64,000 bases of DNA from an uncultured delta proteobacterium (lineage in GTDB: Bacteria > Desulfobacterota > Binatia > Binatales > Binataceae). Where the stretch lies: contig CAVRVY010000004.1 of NCBI GenBank assembly GCA_963724765.1, positions 1,536,001-1,600,000 of the forward strand, given 5' to 3'. Below, piece by piece: positions 51,081 through 62,449 of the stretch. Both the position numbers and the translations under genes were made by a program. The notes beneath the pieces are model-generated. The model had not been told where the DNA came from. It did no database searches and saw only the letters and a list, made by a program, of their open reading frames with translations. Position 1 is the first letter of the stretch; each line of letters starts with the position of its first letter.

Positions 51081-51682
51081 ACCCCAGTCCGGCAGACTGT
51101 GACGCAGGCACTTGCAGACTTCTCGATGAAGCGTGCCTGTGGCTACGAGAAGTTCCGCATGCGTCGAAAAGTCTTGAGTTTTGGATTCACCGACGCAATA
51201 TCGCCTGCGGACTGCCCTCTCTCATAAGGCAAACCGCTCGGACTGCCCTGTCAATTCTGCGACTGTGGGTCACAGTAGCCGTCGTTGAAACGAAGCGTAG
51301 CAAACCCGAGAGGGGTTTCAACCTCGCTTTTGCCTGCGAGAGTCTCCCTCGGGAGAGAGAAATGCGCGCGAAAGCGCGGACTCATTCGCGAAATAAAGGG
51401 TCTCGATGGTTCAAATCCGCCTCTCCGCCAACCAGTCTTCGATTTACAGCATTCTCTGGAAAGATGGGCGAAATCCCCGCGCCTGCGGTGCTTTGCGGCT
51501 ATTGAAAGTTACCGGAGAGTCGAGGATTAGAATGTTCGTCGCGCGTTTGCAAGAATCTCTCTCTGCGCGGCGCTGACTCGGTGTCCTTCGCGGAACGAAG
51601 CGACCAGAGAGTTCACACAGGCTGCTCTCCATCACGCAGTGTCTGTCCGTGGCTGGAGGAAACGGGGAAGAACGCGTAGCGC

Positions 51683-53506
51683 TCAGGTTGTCGACTTCGC
51701 TCGGAATACATCGGCGAGGGCGGGCACAAGGGTTGCCCAATCGCCCGCCAGTCCGATTGTAGCGCGTTCGAAAATTGGCGCCTCGGGGTCGTTATTGATG
51801 GCCACTACGACTTGAGCGCGCTTGATTCCGACCAGATGATTCGGCGCACCGCGAATTCCGACAGCGAAATACAGTAGTGGACCTATGGCCTTGCCCGTAA
51901 GTCCGACTTGTAGCTGCCGCGGTATCCATCCCTGATCCGTGACGCGCCGCGTCGCGCACATGCCCGCGCCAATCACACGCGCGAAATCCCGCACGGCCGC
52001 GATCCCCTCCGGGCCGCCTACGCCCATCCCGATGCCGACGACGAACTCGGAGCCCTCCAAAGGAGAGACCGAGGCGTCGAGCAGCGAGTATCTGCCGTTC
52101 ACGCGGCTCAGCGGCGGCTGGAGCTTGGGCCTGACAGTCTCGGGCGCCGCCTCGCGAGAACGGTTAGGCTCGCCGAGTTCTATCACTCCAGCGCGCACCG
52201 TAGCCATCTGCGGAAACGTCTTTGACAAAATGGGCGCGACTATATTGCCGCCGAAGGCCGGCTTGAGCGCGACCATCCGCCGCTCGCCGTCCAGCTCAAT
52301 TCCAATAGCGTCGCCAGTCAGCCCCAGGCCCAGACGTGCCGCAAGGCGCGGGCCCCAGTCGCGGCCGCATTCGCTCGCATTTATCAGCACGCCCCAGGGC
52401 TCGCGTTCGCGCACTAAATCGCCCAATGCCGTGGCTGCGGCCTCTGGCGAATATGCTTCGAGCGCGGGATGGTCGAGCACGATTATTCGATCGGCGCCGT
52501 AGCTCGAAAGCAACCCCGCGTGGCGCGCTATCGCTGCGGGGAAGCCTACGGTGGTCAGCGCACCACCGAGCTCGGTCGCGAGCTCGTCGCCGAGCGAAAG
52601 AAGCTCAAGCGTGCCGCGTGTGATCTCGCCCGCAAGGTTGGTCTCGCATGCCACCCAAAGGTCCCGCCCGCGGGCGGGCATCCGCGGCGTGTCACTGATG
52701 GGACGGCGTTTGCCATCGCGCCCAAGCGCTCACATCGCCTCGAGCGTCGTGACAACCTCCTGCACCGCGCGTTTGGGATCTGCCGTATCGACCATGCGAC
52801 ACTTTGGATACTCCGTCCGGATTGCACGCACCTCCTGTACCCAAGTCGGTGACCCCGCAAAGCCGAATAGCTCAGGATGGTCGCCGAGCGCCGCCGCGCG
52901 CACTGCCTCGATCGGCCACGACTTGGCCTCTTCGGCGGCCTCGGGCTTGACCCGGATAGGCTGTGCGACGCGCTCCGCACAGGTGAGGACGGCGGGCAGC
53001 GTGCAGGTGATCTCGTCGTAGCCTTCGTCGCTCTCGCGCTCGGCCGTCACGGTCCGCCCATCGATCTGCACCTTGCGCACACCCGTTATCTGCGCGATAC
53101 CAAGCAATTCAGCGATTTCGGGGCCGACTTGGCCAGTCTCGGCGTCGAGTGAGTATTTGCCGAGCATGATGAGATCGAACGATTCGCGCGCCAGCCATCT
53201 GGCGAGCGCGCGCGCGGTGGCGAGCGTGTCCGAACCGGCGAACGCGCGGTCCTCCAGGTGTACCGCCCGATCCATCCCCATCGCCAGCGCCTCGGTGAGT
53301 GCGGCGCGCGCCTGCGGTGGTCCCATCGTCACCACCGTGGCATGGCCGCCGAGGCTATGTTTGAATTCAACAGCGAGCGAGATGGCGCGAAGGTCGAAGG
53401 CGCTAATCACATTGATGCCATCGCGCCGGATGGTCATAGTGACGGGGTCGAAATTGGCGTCTTCGACCAGCGGAATCTGTTTGATACAAACGGCCATTGT
53501 GAGCAC
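51683..53506 (-). pseudogene. fused EtfB-EtfA flavoprotein interrupted by one in-frame TGA (52730-52732)
   Basis: EtfB motifs (VCIKQ, GSDTLATA, ETGQVGP) and EtfA motifs (PAFGG, QVGLTGK, AINNDPEAPIF) in the same frame. Confidence 0.8.
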
Positions 53507-53850
53507 GGACTGCTTGGCTCCTTCGACATGCGATCTTTGACAGCTAGGATCCCGGGTGTGCTCTAATCAAGACTAAATGCAAATATTTGAAACAACAAGC
53601 AGAAAATAAGAGATAAAAATCATGAAATAACAGAGTTTTGTTGCATAATTCGCACAATTAATGTAGAAAGGTATTAAGAATGGCCGGTGTTAGAAAGCAG
53701 CAGTCGTTAGCGTCCACACTCGATCCGGCACAGCGATGACGGCGATCGCCGTCTCGAAGATACTCGCTGCGGAAGCGGGGCTGCCGGCCCGGGCGCGTGC
53801 CCCATTCTTCGGCGAGTAACCGCTGCACGCAATTCTTCTGGAGCATTCCG

Positions 53851-54960
53851 ATGAAGGTCAAAGCGGCTGTCGCATACAAGGCCGGCGCTCCGCTCGAAAT
53901 CGAAACCGTCGATCTCGACGGACCCGGGCAGGGCGAGGTGTTGGTCGAGATCAAAGCGACCGGCGTATGCCATACCGACGCCTACACGCTTTCGGGCAAG
54001 GACCCTGAGGGGCTGTTCCCGGCGATCCTCGGCCACGAGGGCGCAGGCGTGGTGGTCGATACCGGAGCAGGCGTGACCACGCTGCGCCCCGGCGACCATG
54101 TGATCCCGCTTTACATCCCGGAGTGCCGCCAATGCCCAGCCTGTCTTTCAGGCAAAACCAACCTTTGCACCGCAATCCGCGAGACGCAAGGACGCGGCGT
54201 GATGCCCGACGGCAAGAGCCGCTTCTCGGCCGGCGGCCGGATGATCCATCACTACATGGGCACCTCGACCTTCGCCAACTTCACCGTGGTGCCCGAGATC
54301 GCGCTGGCTAAGGTGCGCGAGGACGCACCCTTCAACCGCATCTGCTACGTAGGATGCGGCGTCACTACCGGCGTGGGCGCGGTGATCAACACCGCGAAGG
54401 TCCAGGTCGGCGATACGGTGGTGGTCTTCGGCCTTGGCGGGATCGGGCTCAACGTGGTGCAGGGCGCGCGGATCGCCGGAGCGCGCATGATCGCCGGAGT
54501 GGACCTCAATCCGGCGCGCCGTGCGATCGCCGAGAAATTCGGACTCACGCATTTCGTCAACCCGGCCGAGGTGCGCGGCGACCTTGTACCCTACCTGGTG
54601 GATCTGACCAGCGGCGGCGCCGACTTTGCGTTCGAGTGCATCGGCAACGTCAAGCTGATGCGCCAGGCGCTGGAGTGCTGCCATCGCGGCTGGGGCACCT
54701 GCGTGATAATCGGCGTTGCCGGCGCGGGTGAGGAGATTTCAACCCGTCCGTTTCAGCTCGTCACCGGCCGCACCTGGAAAGGTACCGCGTTCGGCGGCGC
54801 CAGGGGCCGACGCGACGTGCCGAAGATCGTCGACTGGTACATGGAAGGCAAAATCAACATCGACGACCTCATCACGCACACGATGCCGCTCAACCGCATC
54901 AACGAGGCATTCGACCTGATGCATCGCGGCGAGTCAATTCGCACCGTTATCACACTCTAG
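53851..54960 (+). CDS. frmA: S-(hydroxymethyl)glutathione dehydrogenase / class III ADH
   Basis: GVCHTD, GHEGAG, CRQC...C...[20 protein letters not shown]. Confidence 0.95.
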   Translation: MKVKAAVAYKAGAPLEIETVDLDGPGQGEVLVEIKATGVCHTDAYTLSGKDPEGLFPAILGHEGAGVVVDTGAGVTTLRPGDHVIPLYIPECRQCPACLSGKTNLCTAIRETQGRGVMPDGKSRFSAGGRMIHHYMGTSTFANFTVVPEIALAKVREDAPFNRICYVGCGVTTGVGAVINTAKVQVGDTVVVFGLGGIGLNVVQGARIAGARMIAGVDLNPARRAIAEKFGLTHFVNPAEVRGDLVPYLVDLTSGGADFAFECIGNVKLMRQALECCHRGWGTCVIIGVAGAGEEISTRPFQLVTGRTWKGTAFGGARGRRDVPKIVDWYMEGKINIDDLITHTMPLNRINEAFDLMHRGESIRTVITL

Positions 54961-55199
54961 AGAAGTACCATGCCACCGGTCATATCCTTCATGGGCACGG
55001 AATATCGTAGCGATATCCCGGTAGTGGTAGATGACGGGTTCTAGATGAAGCCGACGCAAAAACAGACGAACAAAGCAGACCGGCAGATAGCCAAAAGGAG
55101 GGTTCGATTGGCGACCATGGAGAGGTGGCATTCCTCGAGTACTCAAGGATGTTGACGGCTCCGGGATGTTTATCGCTACAAAGACAGCGATTCTTAGGG

Positions 55200-55440
55200 T
55201 CTTTTGTGGATATTGCGGGTGATGGCTGGCACCGCCGGAGCCCTGAAGACCGAATGTTCGGTCGGATCATGCGGCGAAATTGGTGGATGGTGTCGGCCAA
55301 GGATACGTTGGATCATGCGACCGCGAGCCTGCTAAGGCTGCTGTACGAGCGCTTGCCGGAAACCGGTGTCGACTTTGCCGTGCTCTATCCCACCCTCGCG
55401 TTGGCCTTCCCGAACATTCCGAACGAGGAGCTGAGCCGGC
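55200..55440 (+). pseudogene. amidohydrolase fragment (approximate limits)
   Basis: DTLDHATASLLRLLYERLPETGVDFAVLYPT resembles an internal amidohydrolase segment; no intact start or end. Confidence 0.45.
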
Positions 55441-55480
55441 TCCATTCTTCCCGAGCAAAATTCGCCTCCAGACGAACCGA

Positions 55481-56344
55481 GTGAGGACCGTGGCCTTCAA
55501 GCACCATTACGCACAGCTGGCTGATGTACGTCTTCACTACGTCACGCTCGGGCAAGGCAGTCCGATGGTGCTGCTTCACGGATGGCCTCAGACCTGGTAC
55601 GAATGGCGCCGTTTGATGCCACTGCTCGCCGACCGTTATTCGATGGTGGCACCTGACCTTCGCGGCCTAGGCGACTCCTCTCGTCCTTGCAGCGGTTATG
55701 ACAAGAGGACTATCGCGAGCGACGTTTGGCAACTGATGCACGAGCGGCTCGGCCACGAACGCTTCATCGTCGTGGGGCATGATTGGGGCGCCCCAACGGC
55801 ATTTCGTCTCGCCGCAGACCATCCCCAAACGGTAACTCATCTTGTGATGCTCGATGTTCCAGTACCGGGCGATCTTCCGACCGGCCCGGCGTCAATCGGT
55901 GGTGGTGTTCGATGGCATCATCTGTTTCATCAAGTGCCGGACTTGCCAGAGGCGCTGACTGAGGGACGCGAACGGATTTATCTGGAATGGTTTTTCTCAA
56001 ACATGGTCGAACAGCACGATACTTTCAGCGACGCCGATATTGCGGAATACGTCCGAGCGTATTCGCAGCCAGGTGCGATGCGGGCGGGATTTAATTTCTA
56101 CCGGGCGTTGAAACAAGACGTGGCAGACAATCGCGTAACGCTCGCGACGGGTTTCAAACTGCCGATGCCGACCCTCGGATTGGGCGGCGGCAGTTCCCGC
56201 GGACGCGGCGATCTCGTCGTCGAATCGCTGTCGCGCGTCGCCCTTCAGGCCGAGGGTGGCTCGCTTCCAGATTGCGGTCATTTCATTCCCGAAGAAAAGC
56301 CGCGCGAACTGGCCGCAAGATTGCGCATCTTCCTTGAAAAGTGA
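55481..56344 (+). CDS. epoxide-hydrolase-like alpha/beta hydrolase
   Basis: LLHGWP, PDLRGLGDS, GHDWG, GHFIPEE. Confidence 0.9.
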   Translation: MRTVAFKHHYAQLADVRLHYVTLGQGSPMVLLHGWPQTWYEWRRLMPLLADRYSMVAPDLRGLGDSSRPCSGYDKRTIASDVWQLMHERLGHERFIVVGHDWGAPTAFRLAADHPQTVTHLVMLDVPVPGDLPTGPASIGGGVRWHHLFHQVPDLPEALTEGRERIYLEWFFSNMVEQHDTFSDADIAEYVRAYSQPGAMRAGFNFYRALKQDVADNRVTLATGFKLPMPTLGLGGGSSRGRGDLVVESLSRVALQAEGGSLPDCGHFIPEEKPRELAARLRIFLEK

Positions 56345-56699
56345 TTCTCGACAAAAGACGAAGCGTTGCGCGCAGATAGTAGGACCCCTCCAGAGTGTCG
56401 GTTTGACGATAGACCTGCATGGTATCGCCTCTTTGTGGCACGGCGAGTCTCAAGATCGACAGGTTCTGATTGTACTCGCGAAGCGCGCCATGAGGTCTTC
56501 AACGCCACCACGCTTGGCAGAAGTGCGCCGATTCATGGTGCGAAATAGCCCACGCGATGATCGCCACTGGTCGCATCGTGCCGCCATCATCTGAAACCAT
56601 CAAGTGTTCGGCTACGCCTGCGCGGCGGCGTAGTCGGCGCCCAGGTGGCGATTCCGGTCACTACGCGCGATAGTACCCGAGATGGCGGAGTCGGTGGTG

Positions 56700-57420
56700 A
56701 ATCTCTGCGCTCGGCGGTTAGCCGCGAATTCATCGAGGCGAGTGAAGCGCAGCTCAAGACGCTGTGGAACGGCGGTAAACGAACTGGAGATCTGATGTCT
56801 ACATCGACCGCATCCAGTTCGATGAGTGCCACGCGAATCGTCGCACTGAGTGTTGAGCCGCAGGGCAAGCAGTATCTCTTGGCAGAGTACGCCAGGGCGT
56901 TACCGAGAACACCCCGGTAACGACCGAACTGTTGAACGATCTGGTGGCGCGGGGCATTCCCCGCGCCACTCCCGGTTGTTCGTGATCGACGGCTCCAAGG
57001 CGGTGGGCACGGCGCGTCTCTGGCGTGTGGGTTCGGTGCCAAGATACAGGAACCACAGGAGCTGCGCAGCGTGCTCGACCCACCGGTACCGTCCACCTCC
57101 GGGTCCGTGTCCCAAGCGCGACGTGAACCTTCCCTGACGTTCGAAGCTGCCATTGGCAAACTCAAGCAGCAGGCGCCATGGCTGGAACGCGAATATCCAT
57201 ACGCCGCGACATGTCTGCGTGTGGGTTGGCGAGTTCTTCACTACAACCGGCGCGGGTTTTCTTCCTCGCTCTGTCGAGCGCTGGGCAGTACCGATATCAT
57301 CGAGAACCGCCTCAGCGATCCGCGCAGGGTCCGTATCACGATGGACAGACGGTCAAGCGCTAGGTGACGCGCCGTTTCGTGACACTCAGAAGTACTTCCG
57401 CGAATCTCGGGTTACCGACC
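56700..57420 (+). pseudogene. IS256-family transposase remnant (approximate limits)
   Basis: Fragments SAVSREFIEAS, LFVIDGSKA, WLEREYPYAA, LGSTDIIEN in shifting frames. Confidence 0.65.
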
Positions 57421-57497
57421 TTTGTGGACGCTCACAGCAGGACCATTGAACGGCGAGTCGCTGATTAACATTACGAACGCGTCCTACTATCCTAACT

Positions 57498-58520
57498 TTA
57501 CCCTACCGTCGGCAAGCCCCGGTTTCCTAGTCGCTTGAGATCTTCGATAAGGCACGGCACCACCTGCTTATAGTCGGCGACAACGCCGAGCTGAGCCGCC
57601 TTAAAAATATTTGCATCTGGATCCGTATTTATCGCCACAATCATCTTGGCCCGTCCGCAACCTGCCATGTGCTGACTAGCACCGGATATCCCCACCGCTA
57701 CATACAGATCTGGTGTGACTACTTTGCCAGTAAGCCCTATTTGCCGTGTAGCTGGGCACCACCCGAGGTCGCACGCTACGCGACTCGCTCCGACTGAGGC
57801 ATCGAGAACCTCCGCCAGATGCTCCAGGAGACGAAACCCTTCGGCTCCATTAAGGCCGCGTCCGCCCGCGACAACAATTTTAGCGCTCTCCAAGCGTGCA
57901 TCGGACGACTTCTCTCTGCGGCGCTCAAGCCTCAACATGCGTGCGGCAGAAGGCAGAGAGCCGACGGTGAGCTTGATAACTTTACCGCTCCGTCCCGATT
58001 CTCGTTTTAGACGTTCTTGACATTTCGGTCTAATGGTCGCTACTGCTGGTGATGTTCTGAACGATACGATCGCTCGCGCCTTACCTCCATAGCATGACCG
58101 TGTTGCCATGATCTTATCGCCGCTAACTTGCATGTCCTCGCAATCCGTGGCTACAGCAGTCCCTAGCCGAAAGGCTAGACGAGGCCCGAGATCCGACCCT
58201 ATTGAGGTATGCCCGAGCAAAACTAGCGCCGGCTGTGACTCTTGAACGACCCTCACTAGCAAGGATAACCAATAGTCAGGCTGGTATTCGGCGAGCGCCC
58301 TGTCGTCAGCCACATACACCTCGTCTGCCCCATGAAAAACAAGTTCTTGATCGACGTTTTCAAGATCGCTACCTAAAATAGCTGCAGATACGGGGGCGGG
58401 AGATCCTTCCGACAGTCGGCGACCCAGGCCCAACAGTTCATACGCTGATGAAGCGGGAGCCCGCTTGTCTACTTCAGCCAGGATCAGCACTCCCGACCTG
58501 CCATTTACCGTCGCATTCAA
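57498..58520 (-). CDS. etfA: electron transfer flavoprotein alpha subunit
   Basis: VAGGRGL, GASRVACD, QIGLTGK, GISGASQH, AINTDPDANIF. Confidence 0.93.
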   Translation of the reverse strand: MNATVNGRSGVLILAEVDKRAPASSAYELLGLGRRLSEGSPAPVSAAILGSDLENVDQELVFHGADEVYVADDRALAEYQPDYWLSLLVRVVQESQPALVLLGHTSIGSDLGPRLAFRLGTAVATDCEDMQVSGDKIMATRSCYGGKARAIVSFRTSPAVATIRPKCQERLKRESGRSGKVIKLTVGSLPSAARMLRLERRREKSSDARLESAKIVVAGGRGLNGAEGFRLLEHLAEVLDASVGASRVACDLGWCPATRQIGLTGKVVTPDLYVAVGISGASQHMAGCGRAKMIVAINTDPDANIFKAAQLGVVADYKQVVPCLIEDLKRLGNRGLPTVG

Positions 58521-58546
58521 TGCATTTTCCTCGCCACTATTGCTCG

Positions 58547-59350
58547 CTATAGGATGTTGAATTCCTTAAGCTTTTCGATCAGGTGTGCCGAGAGCTCCTG
58601 TGGTGAATCACCAGCGATGAATTCGCATCGGTTCGTTCTCACCGGAACAAATAGCTGCTCCAATTCCAAGCGTGCACCAGCGGCCCCAACCGCCGAGACA
58701 TCCAACCCTAGGTCAACTGCTGACCACACCGTCACCTGCTTACGAGCAGCTTGCAAAAGTTGCTTCAGTTTCGGATAGCGAGGCTCACCCAACTCATTAG
58801 AAACCGTCACTACCGCGGGCAATGGAGCTTCTATAGTCTCAGAACCATCATCCAGGACTCTCTCGATTCGAACGGCGCGACCCTGTACTGTTACGTCTTT
58901 AGCGAAGGTCACAACCGGGACACCGAGCAATTCGCCGATTCCGATGCCGACAATTCCACAATCTACGTCTGCTGCCTGTCGGCCAGTCAAAATTAGATCG
59001 TAATCGCCTATTTTTTTAATCGCCTCTACAAGCGCACGAGCCGTCGAATAAGAATCGGCGCCTTCGAACGCCGCGTCAGACAGAATTATTCCTTCATCTG
59101 CTCCCATCGCTAGGCACTGCTTGACAGCTTCGCGTACCGAATCAGGACCCATGCTGAGGATGCTGATCTTGCATTCACCGAGCTTGTCTCGAATGCGTAG
59201 CGCGGCTTCGGCCGCTTGGATGTCAAAGGGACTAACCACTAACGGCGTACCCTGCGGCGGAATCACTCTTTTCGCTACTTCATCTACTCTAAAGCCACCT
59301 AGAGCACATTCGGGATCGACAATTTGTTTTATACAAACGATGATATGCAC
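58547..59350 (-). CDS. etfB: electron transfer flavoprotein beta subunit
   Basis: IVCIKQIVDP, GADSYSTA, GRQAADVD, EPRYP. Confidence 0.93.
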   Translation of the reverse strand: MHIIVCIKQIVDPECALGGFRVDEVAKRVIPPQGTPLVVSPFDIQAAEAALRIRDKLGECKISILSMGPDSVREAVKQCLAMGADEGIILSDAAFEGADSYSTARALVEAIKKIGDYDLILTGRQAADVDCGIVGIGIGELLGVPVVTFAKDVTVQGRAVRIERVLDDGSETIEAPLPAVVTVSNELGEPRYPKLKQLLQAARKQVTVWSAVDLGLDVSAVGAAGARLELEQLFVPVRTNRCEFIAGDSPQELSAHLIEKLKEFNIL

Positions 59351-59437
59351 GCGGCACTATTCCTTGTTGCTTGTGTTCAGAGCAAATCCTCCAAACGACC
59401 GTGCGGATAAACCCTGGCCGATGCTAAGTGCGCAGCG

Positions 59438-60652
59438 TCACCACCAGCTCACAGGCGGAGTTTCCACGCCGAGAAGATACCTGCCGATTCGCTGCCGCCG
59501 ATAATCTACTGGGTCATGGAGAGTAAACGTTCGCGCATTACGCCAATACATGTCAAAACCGGTCTGGGGCGCATCCGCTGCCGCTCGAGCACCGGCTATT
59601 TGAAAGATACGACTTGACACATCAAGTGCGCTGTCAGTCGAAAACACCTTCGCACGGTATACGGCCACTGCTGCTTCTGCGCGCATCTCGGCGTGCTTAG
59701 CCGCCTCTTCGAGCATTCGAGCTGCGCGATACAGCAGTAGACGAGACGCCTCCACTTGCACGCTGAGGTCAGCGACATGATTCTGCAGATACGGATCGTC
59801 GACAGCACGCTCGTATGCAGTCTCTCCCCACGGTCGGGTCTTAACCTTAACGTAATCAATTCCTGCTTCCAGCGCTCCCCCCGCGATACCCACATACACC
59901 GCTGTCCAGCCAAGTTGAAAGTACGGTCCGAACAATAACAGTTTGTAGTAGTCGCCCGGTTCACCAATTGCGTTGGAGGCCGGAACAAGGACGTTTTCGT
60001 AAGTAGTTGTACCGCTGGTCGTGGCTCGCTGTCCGAGGGGAGCCCAGTCGCCCAAGACTGCCACCCCCGGCTGGTCGCAGCGAATCATACAGGGCAGCAT
60101 ACCTTTCTCTAACGTCTTGCCTTCGACACAGGCCCATACTTGGAACCACGTGGCACCGCCAGAATTCGTCGAAAAAAACTTTCTGCCGTTAACAACGTAC
60201 CCTTCCCTTACCGGCGCCGCTCGCGTCTTAATATCGTGAACCGTCTTTCCGCCGCGTTCGCTTGCCCAAACGCCATGTAACGAGCCGTGCTGAACGACAT
60301 CGATTGAAAAGCGCTGCTTTTGGTCTTCGCTTCCCAAAATGTAGATGACCTCAAGCGATGCATTGTGATTGTGAAACGCCTGACCGGTGGATGGGCAGCC
60401 TTTACTTAGCTCCTCGACTGCCGCGATCTCTAGTAGCAGATTACTTTCCAGACCAGCACCGTAGCCCCCATACGCCTTCTGAACACTCAGCGCGAGAAGC
60501 CCGGCGTTGTGCATATCCTGAAACGTGTCTTTTGGAAAACTGGCTTCATTGTCGTGCCGTAGTGCTCGTGGTCCTACCTTGGTCCGGCGCAGGGTCTGGA
60601 ATTGTGTTAGAACCTCTCGGTGTTCCTCCAGCTCTAGATTCATTGCCGCCAT
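59438..60652 (-). CDS. acyl-CoA dehydrogenase family protein (DszC/SfnB-like)
   Basis: NGRKFFSTNS, DWAPLGQRATTSG, YWRNARTFTLHDPV. Confidence 0.85.
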   Translation of the reverse strand: MAAMNLELEEHREVLTQFQTLRRTKVGPRALRHDNEASFPKDTFQDMHNAGLLALSVQKAYGGYGAGLESNLLLEIAAVEELSKGCPSTGQAFHNHNASLEVIYILGSEDQKQRFSIDVVQHGSLHGVWASERGGKTVHDIKTRAAPVREGYVVNGRKFFSTNSGGATWFQVWACVEGKTLEKGMLPCMIRCDQPGVAVLGDWAPLGQRATTSGTTTYENVLVPASNAIGEPGDYYKLLLFGPYFQLGWTAVYVGIAGGALEAGIDYVKVKTRPWGETAYERAVDDPYLQNHVADLSVQVEASRLLLYRAARMLEEAAKHAEMRAEAAVAVYRAKVFSTDSALDVSSRIFQIAGARAAADAPQTGFDMYWRNARTFTLHDPVDYRRQRIGRYLLGVETPPVSWW

Positions 60653-60921
60653 ACCCGCCAATCTCCCTAGATTTAAATGGCCAACGCTTTGCTGACTACA
60701 CATCCTTTCGGAACCGGATTCTGTCTTACCCGTTAGACCTATCTCGTTCCGTCCACGCGGCCTTTAACTCCTTGAGCGATGCGAAGCCCACAGCCGCCAC
60801 GTGAGCAACATTTACGTCATACCTCGATCGTGGCGTTATTGTCTTTCATATCACACGCTCAGCATTCGGAAGTCATTTCCGAGCGCCTCACTGCACCATG
60901 CGCATCTCGACAGAACAACCC

Positions 60922-62346
60922 CTATCTGTGCAGTTGTTCTAATTTGTTGGTATCGAATAAGTTTTCGACGAAACCCGCATCAGTAATTGACGGGAAGCCA
61001 CAGCCAAAGCCATCGACGATGGTTCCTCGACTGTTTTGTACGTCTAAAACGTCTGCTGTCGGAAAGGTTTGAGACCGCACGCCGTGATTGATATCGGCCC
61101 ATTCTTTGTGATAATTTTCGCTCCACTTGTACTGCCATTCGTAAATTTTCCAGAGTCGTCCATTTCGGTCAAATGTGAAATGCCACTGCGGATCGTAGTT
61201 TTGTGAATCCCAGAACATTATGGCCGCGCTGTATGGGTGACGCGAATCCTTCGGCACTCGCATAACAACAGCGGAGCGGCGCAGACTCCATATGTCATCC
61301 GGAATCATCGTGGTGGGGCTATAAAAACGGGCATCTGGATATTTTCGATTTGCGACGACCAAAGTGTCTTTCCAACCTAGAAATTTGAAGGTCCAGTCCA
61401 CTTCACGCCCGGAAAAGCTATAGAAATCGTCGAGCGTGAAGTCCGTTCCTAGGAGTGAATCAGATTTAACCTCCGCCGAGATGCGTCGGACGCGGCGTAG
61501 ATTGGGTATGTATGCCCAAGCATCGTCCGCTCTATGAGGGTCGGCATAACGATAAATGACAAATGCAGTTCCTCTTATATCAAAAGGGTCAAAGAAAGCA
61601 GTGATCTCTTTAAATTCAATGTCGTTGGCGCCAGGAATTGGAAGCACGTGCAAGGGTAGCTGCGCTAAATGGCTGTAGTACACTCGCCGATAGTTCGATT
61701 GCAACGTGCGCTCGAATGATCCGCCGCCGGAATAGAGATATGATAGGTTGCCTTTCGGCAAGTCCGATTGCGAATACGGGAACGCAATCATATCGGCAGG
61801 TGGTGCTTGTACGGTAAAATCATGATTGGCACCTTTTCCGTCAAACCGCACCCAGTGCCAGGCGACGTCGACACAAGCCAGACCGAAATATTGCCAGCGA
61901 TACTCGTAATTCCATACTGCTTTGGTGCCTGCATTTTCATCGCGATCAGAGATGCTGCTATTGGGAAATGGTTGGCCGCAGGTATAATTCGCCATTGTGC
62001 CATCGGGTGCGAGGCGGACTTGGTCCTGATACTGTTCGGTGCATTTCATGTAATCCGAACGGGGAGTGTGGTCGACAGACGCCCCGATGTCGATGTGGAC
62101 GTCGGGGAAGTTCAGTTGTTCAAACTCGCCTGGAGGAACGAAGGAGTGGATCCTACTGAGTGCGCCTTGATGTATAACATCGCCAGGCTTAAAGTCTGGT
62201 TTAGTACTCTCATATTTCTTCAACCATTCCTCGAAAGTATGTACCGTGTAGCTTTTGACGTCTTGAGCACAACCTTGAGTGGCACTCAAGAAAAACAGAC
62301 CAGCAATCACTACATTCACAACGATGCTCTTAGCTCGCGTAGTCAT
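60922..62346 (-). CDS. DUF1329-like periplasmic protein
   Basis: Signal peptide; PFDIRG, DDAWAYIPNLRRVRRIS, FDRNGRLWK; AAGGAGG RBS. Confidence 0.8.
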   Translation of the reverse strand: MTTRAKSIVVNVVIAGLFFLSATQGCAQDVKSYTVHTFEEWLKKYESTKPDFKPGDVIHQGALSRIHSFVPPGEFEQLNFPDVHIDIGASVDHTPRSDYMKCTEQYQDQVRLAPDGTMANYTCGQPFPNSSISDRDENAGTKAVWNYEYRWQYFGLACVDVAWHWVRFDGKGANHDFTVQAPPADMIAFPYSQSDLPKGNLSYLYSGGGSFERTLQSNYRRVYYSHLAQLPLHVLPIPGANDIEFKEITAFFDPFDIRGTAFVIYRYADPHRADDAWAYIPNLRRVRRISAEVKSDSLLGTDFTLDDFYSFSGREVDWTFKFLGWKDTLVVANRKYPDARFYSPTTMIPDDIWSLRRSAVVMRVPKDSRHPYSAAIMFWDSQNYDPQWHFTFDRNGRLWKIYEWQYKWSENYHKEWADINHGVRSQTFPTADVLDVQNSRGTIVDGFGCGFPSITDAGFVENLFDTNKLEQLHR

Positions 62347-62449
62347 GTGGGCCTCCTTCTGCTGTAATTGTACGCCGCTTCGTTCGCACCGCGATTGCCC
62401 GAATCGGCTTCTGTCCTTGGGGCTCGTTACGCTCACACGGGTTCGCTAT

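Larger units (their letters stand above)
47134..51438. mobile_element. serine-recombinase/DUF2924 element bounded by 16-bp direct repeats
   Basis: CTCCGCCAACCAGTCT at 47134-47149 and 51423-51438, each preceded by a T-loop-like GTTCRAAT. Confidence 0.6.

Noticed and set aside
51225-51320. GGCAAACC / GCAAACCC motifs suggesting a c-di-GMP-I riboswitch
   Set aside because: The downstream GACGCAAAGC-type P2/P3 elements are not present.
52730-52732. Selenocysteine codon in ETF
   Set aside because: Linker position with no catalytic Cys equivalent and no convincing SECIS hairpin seen.
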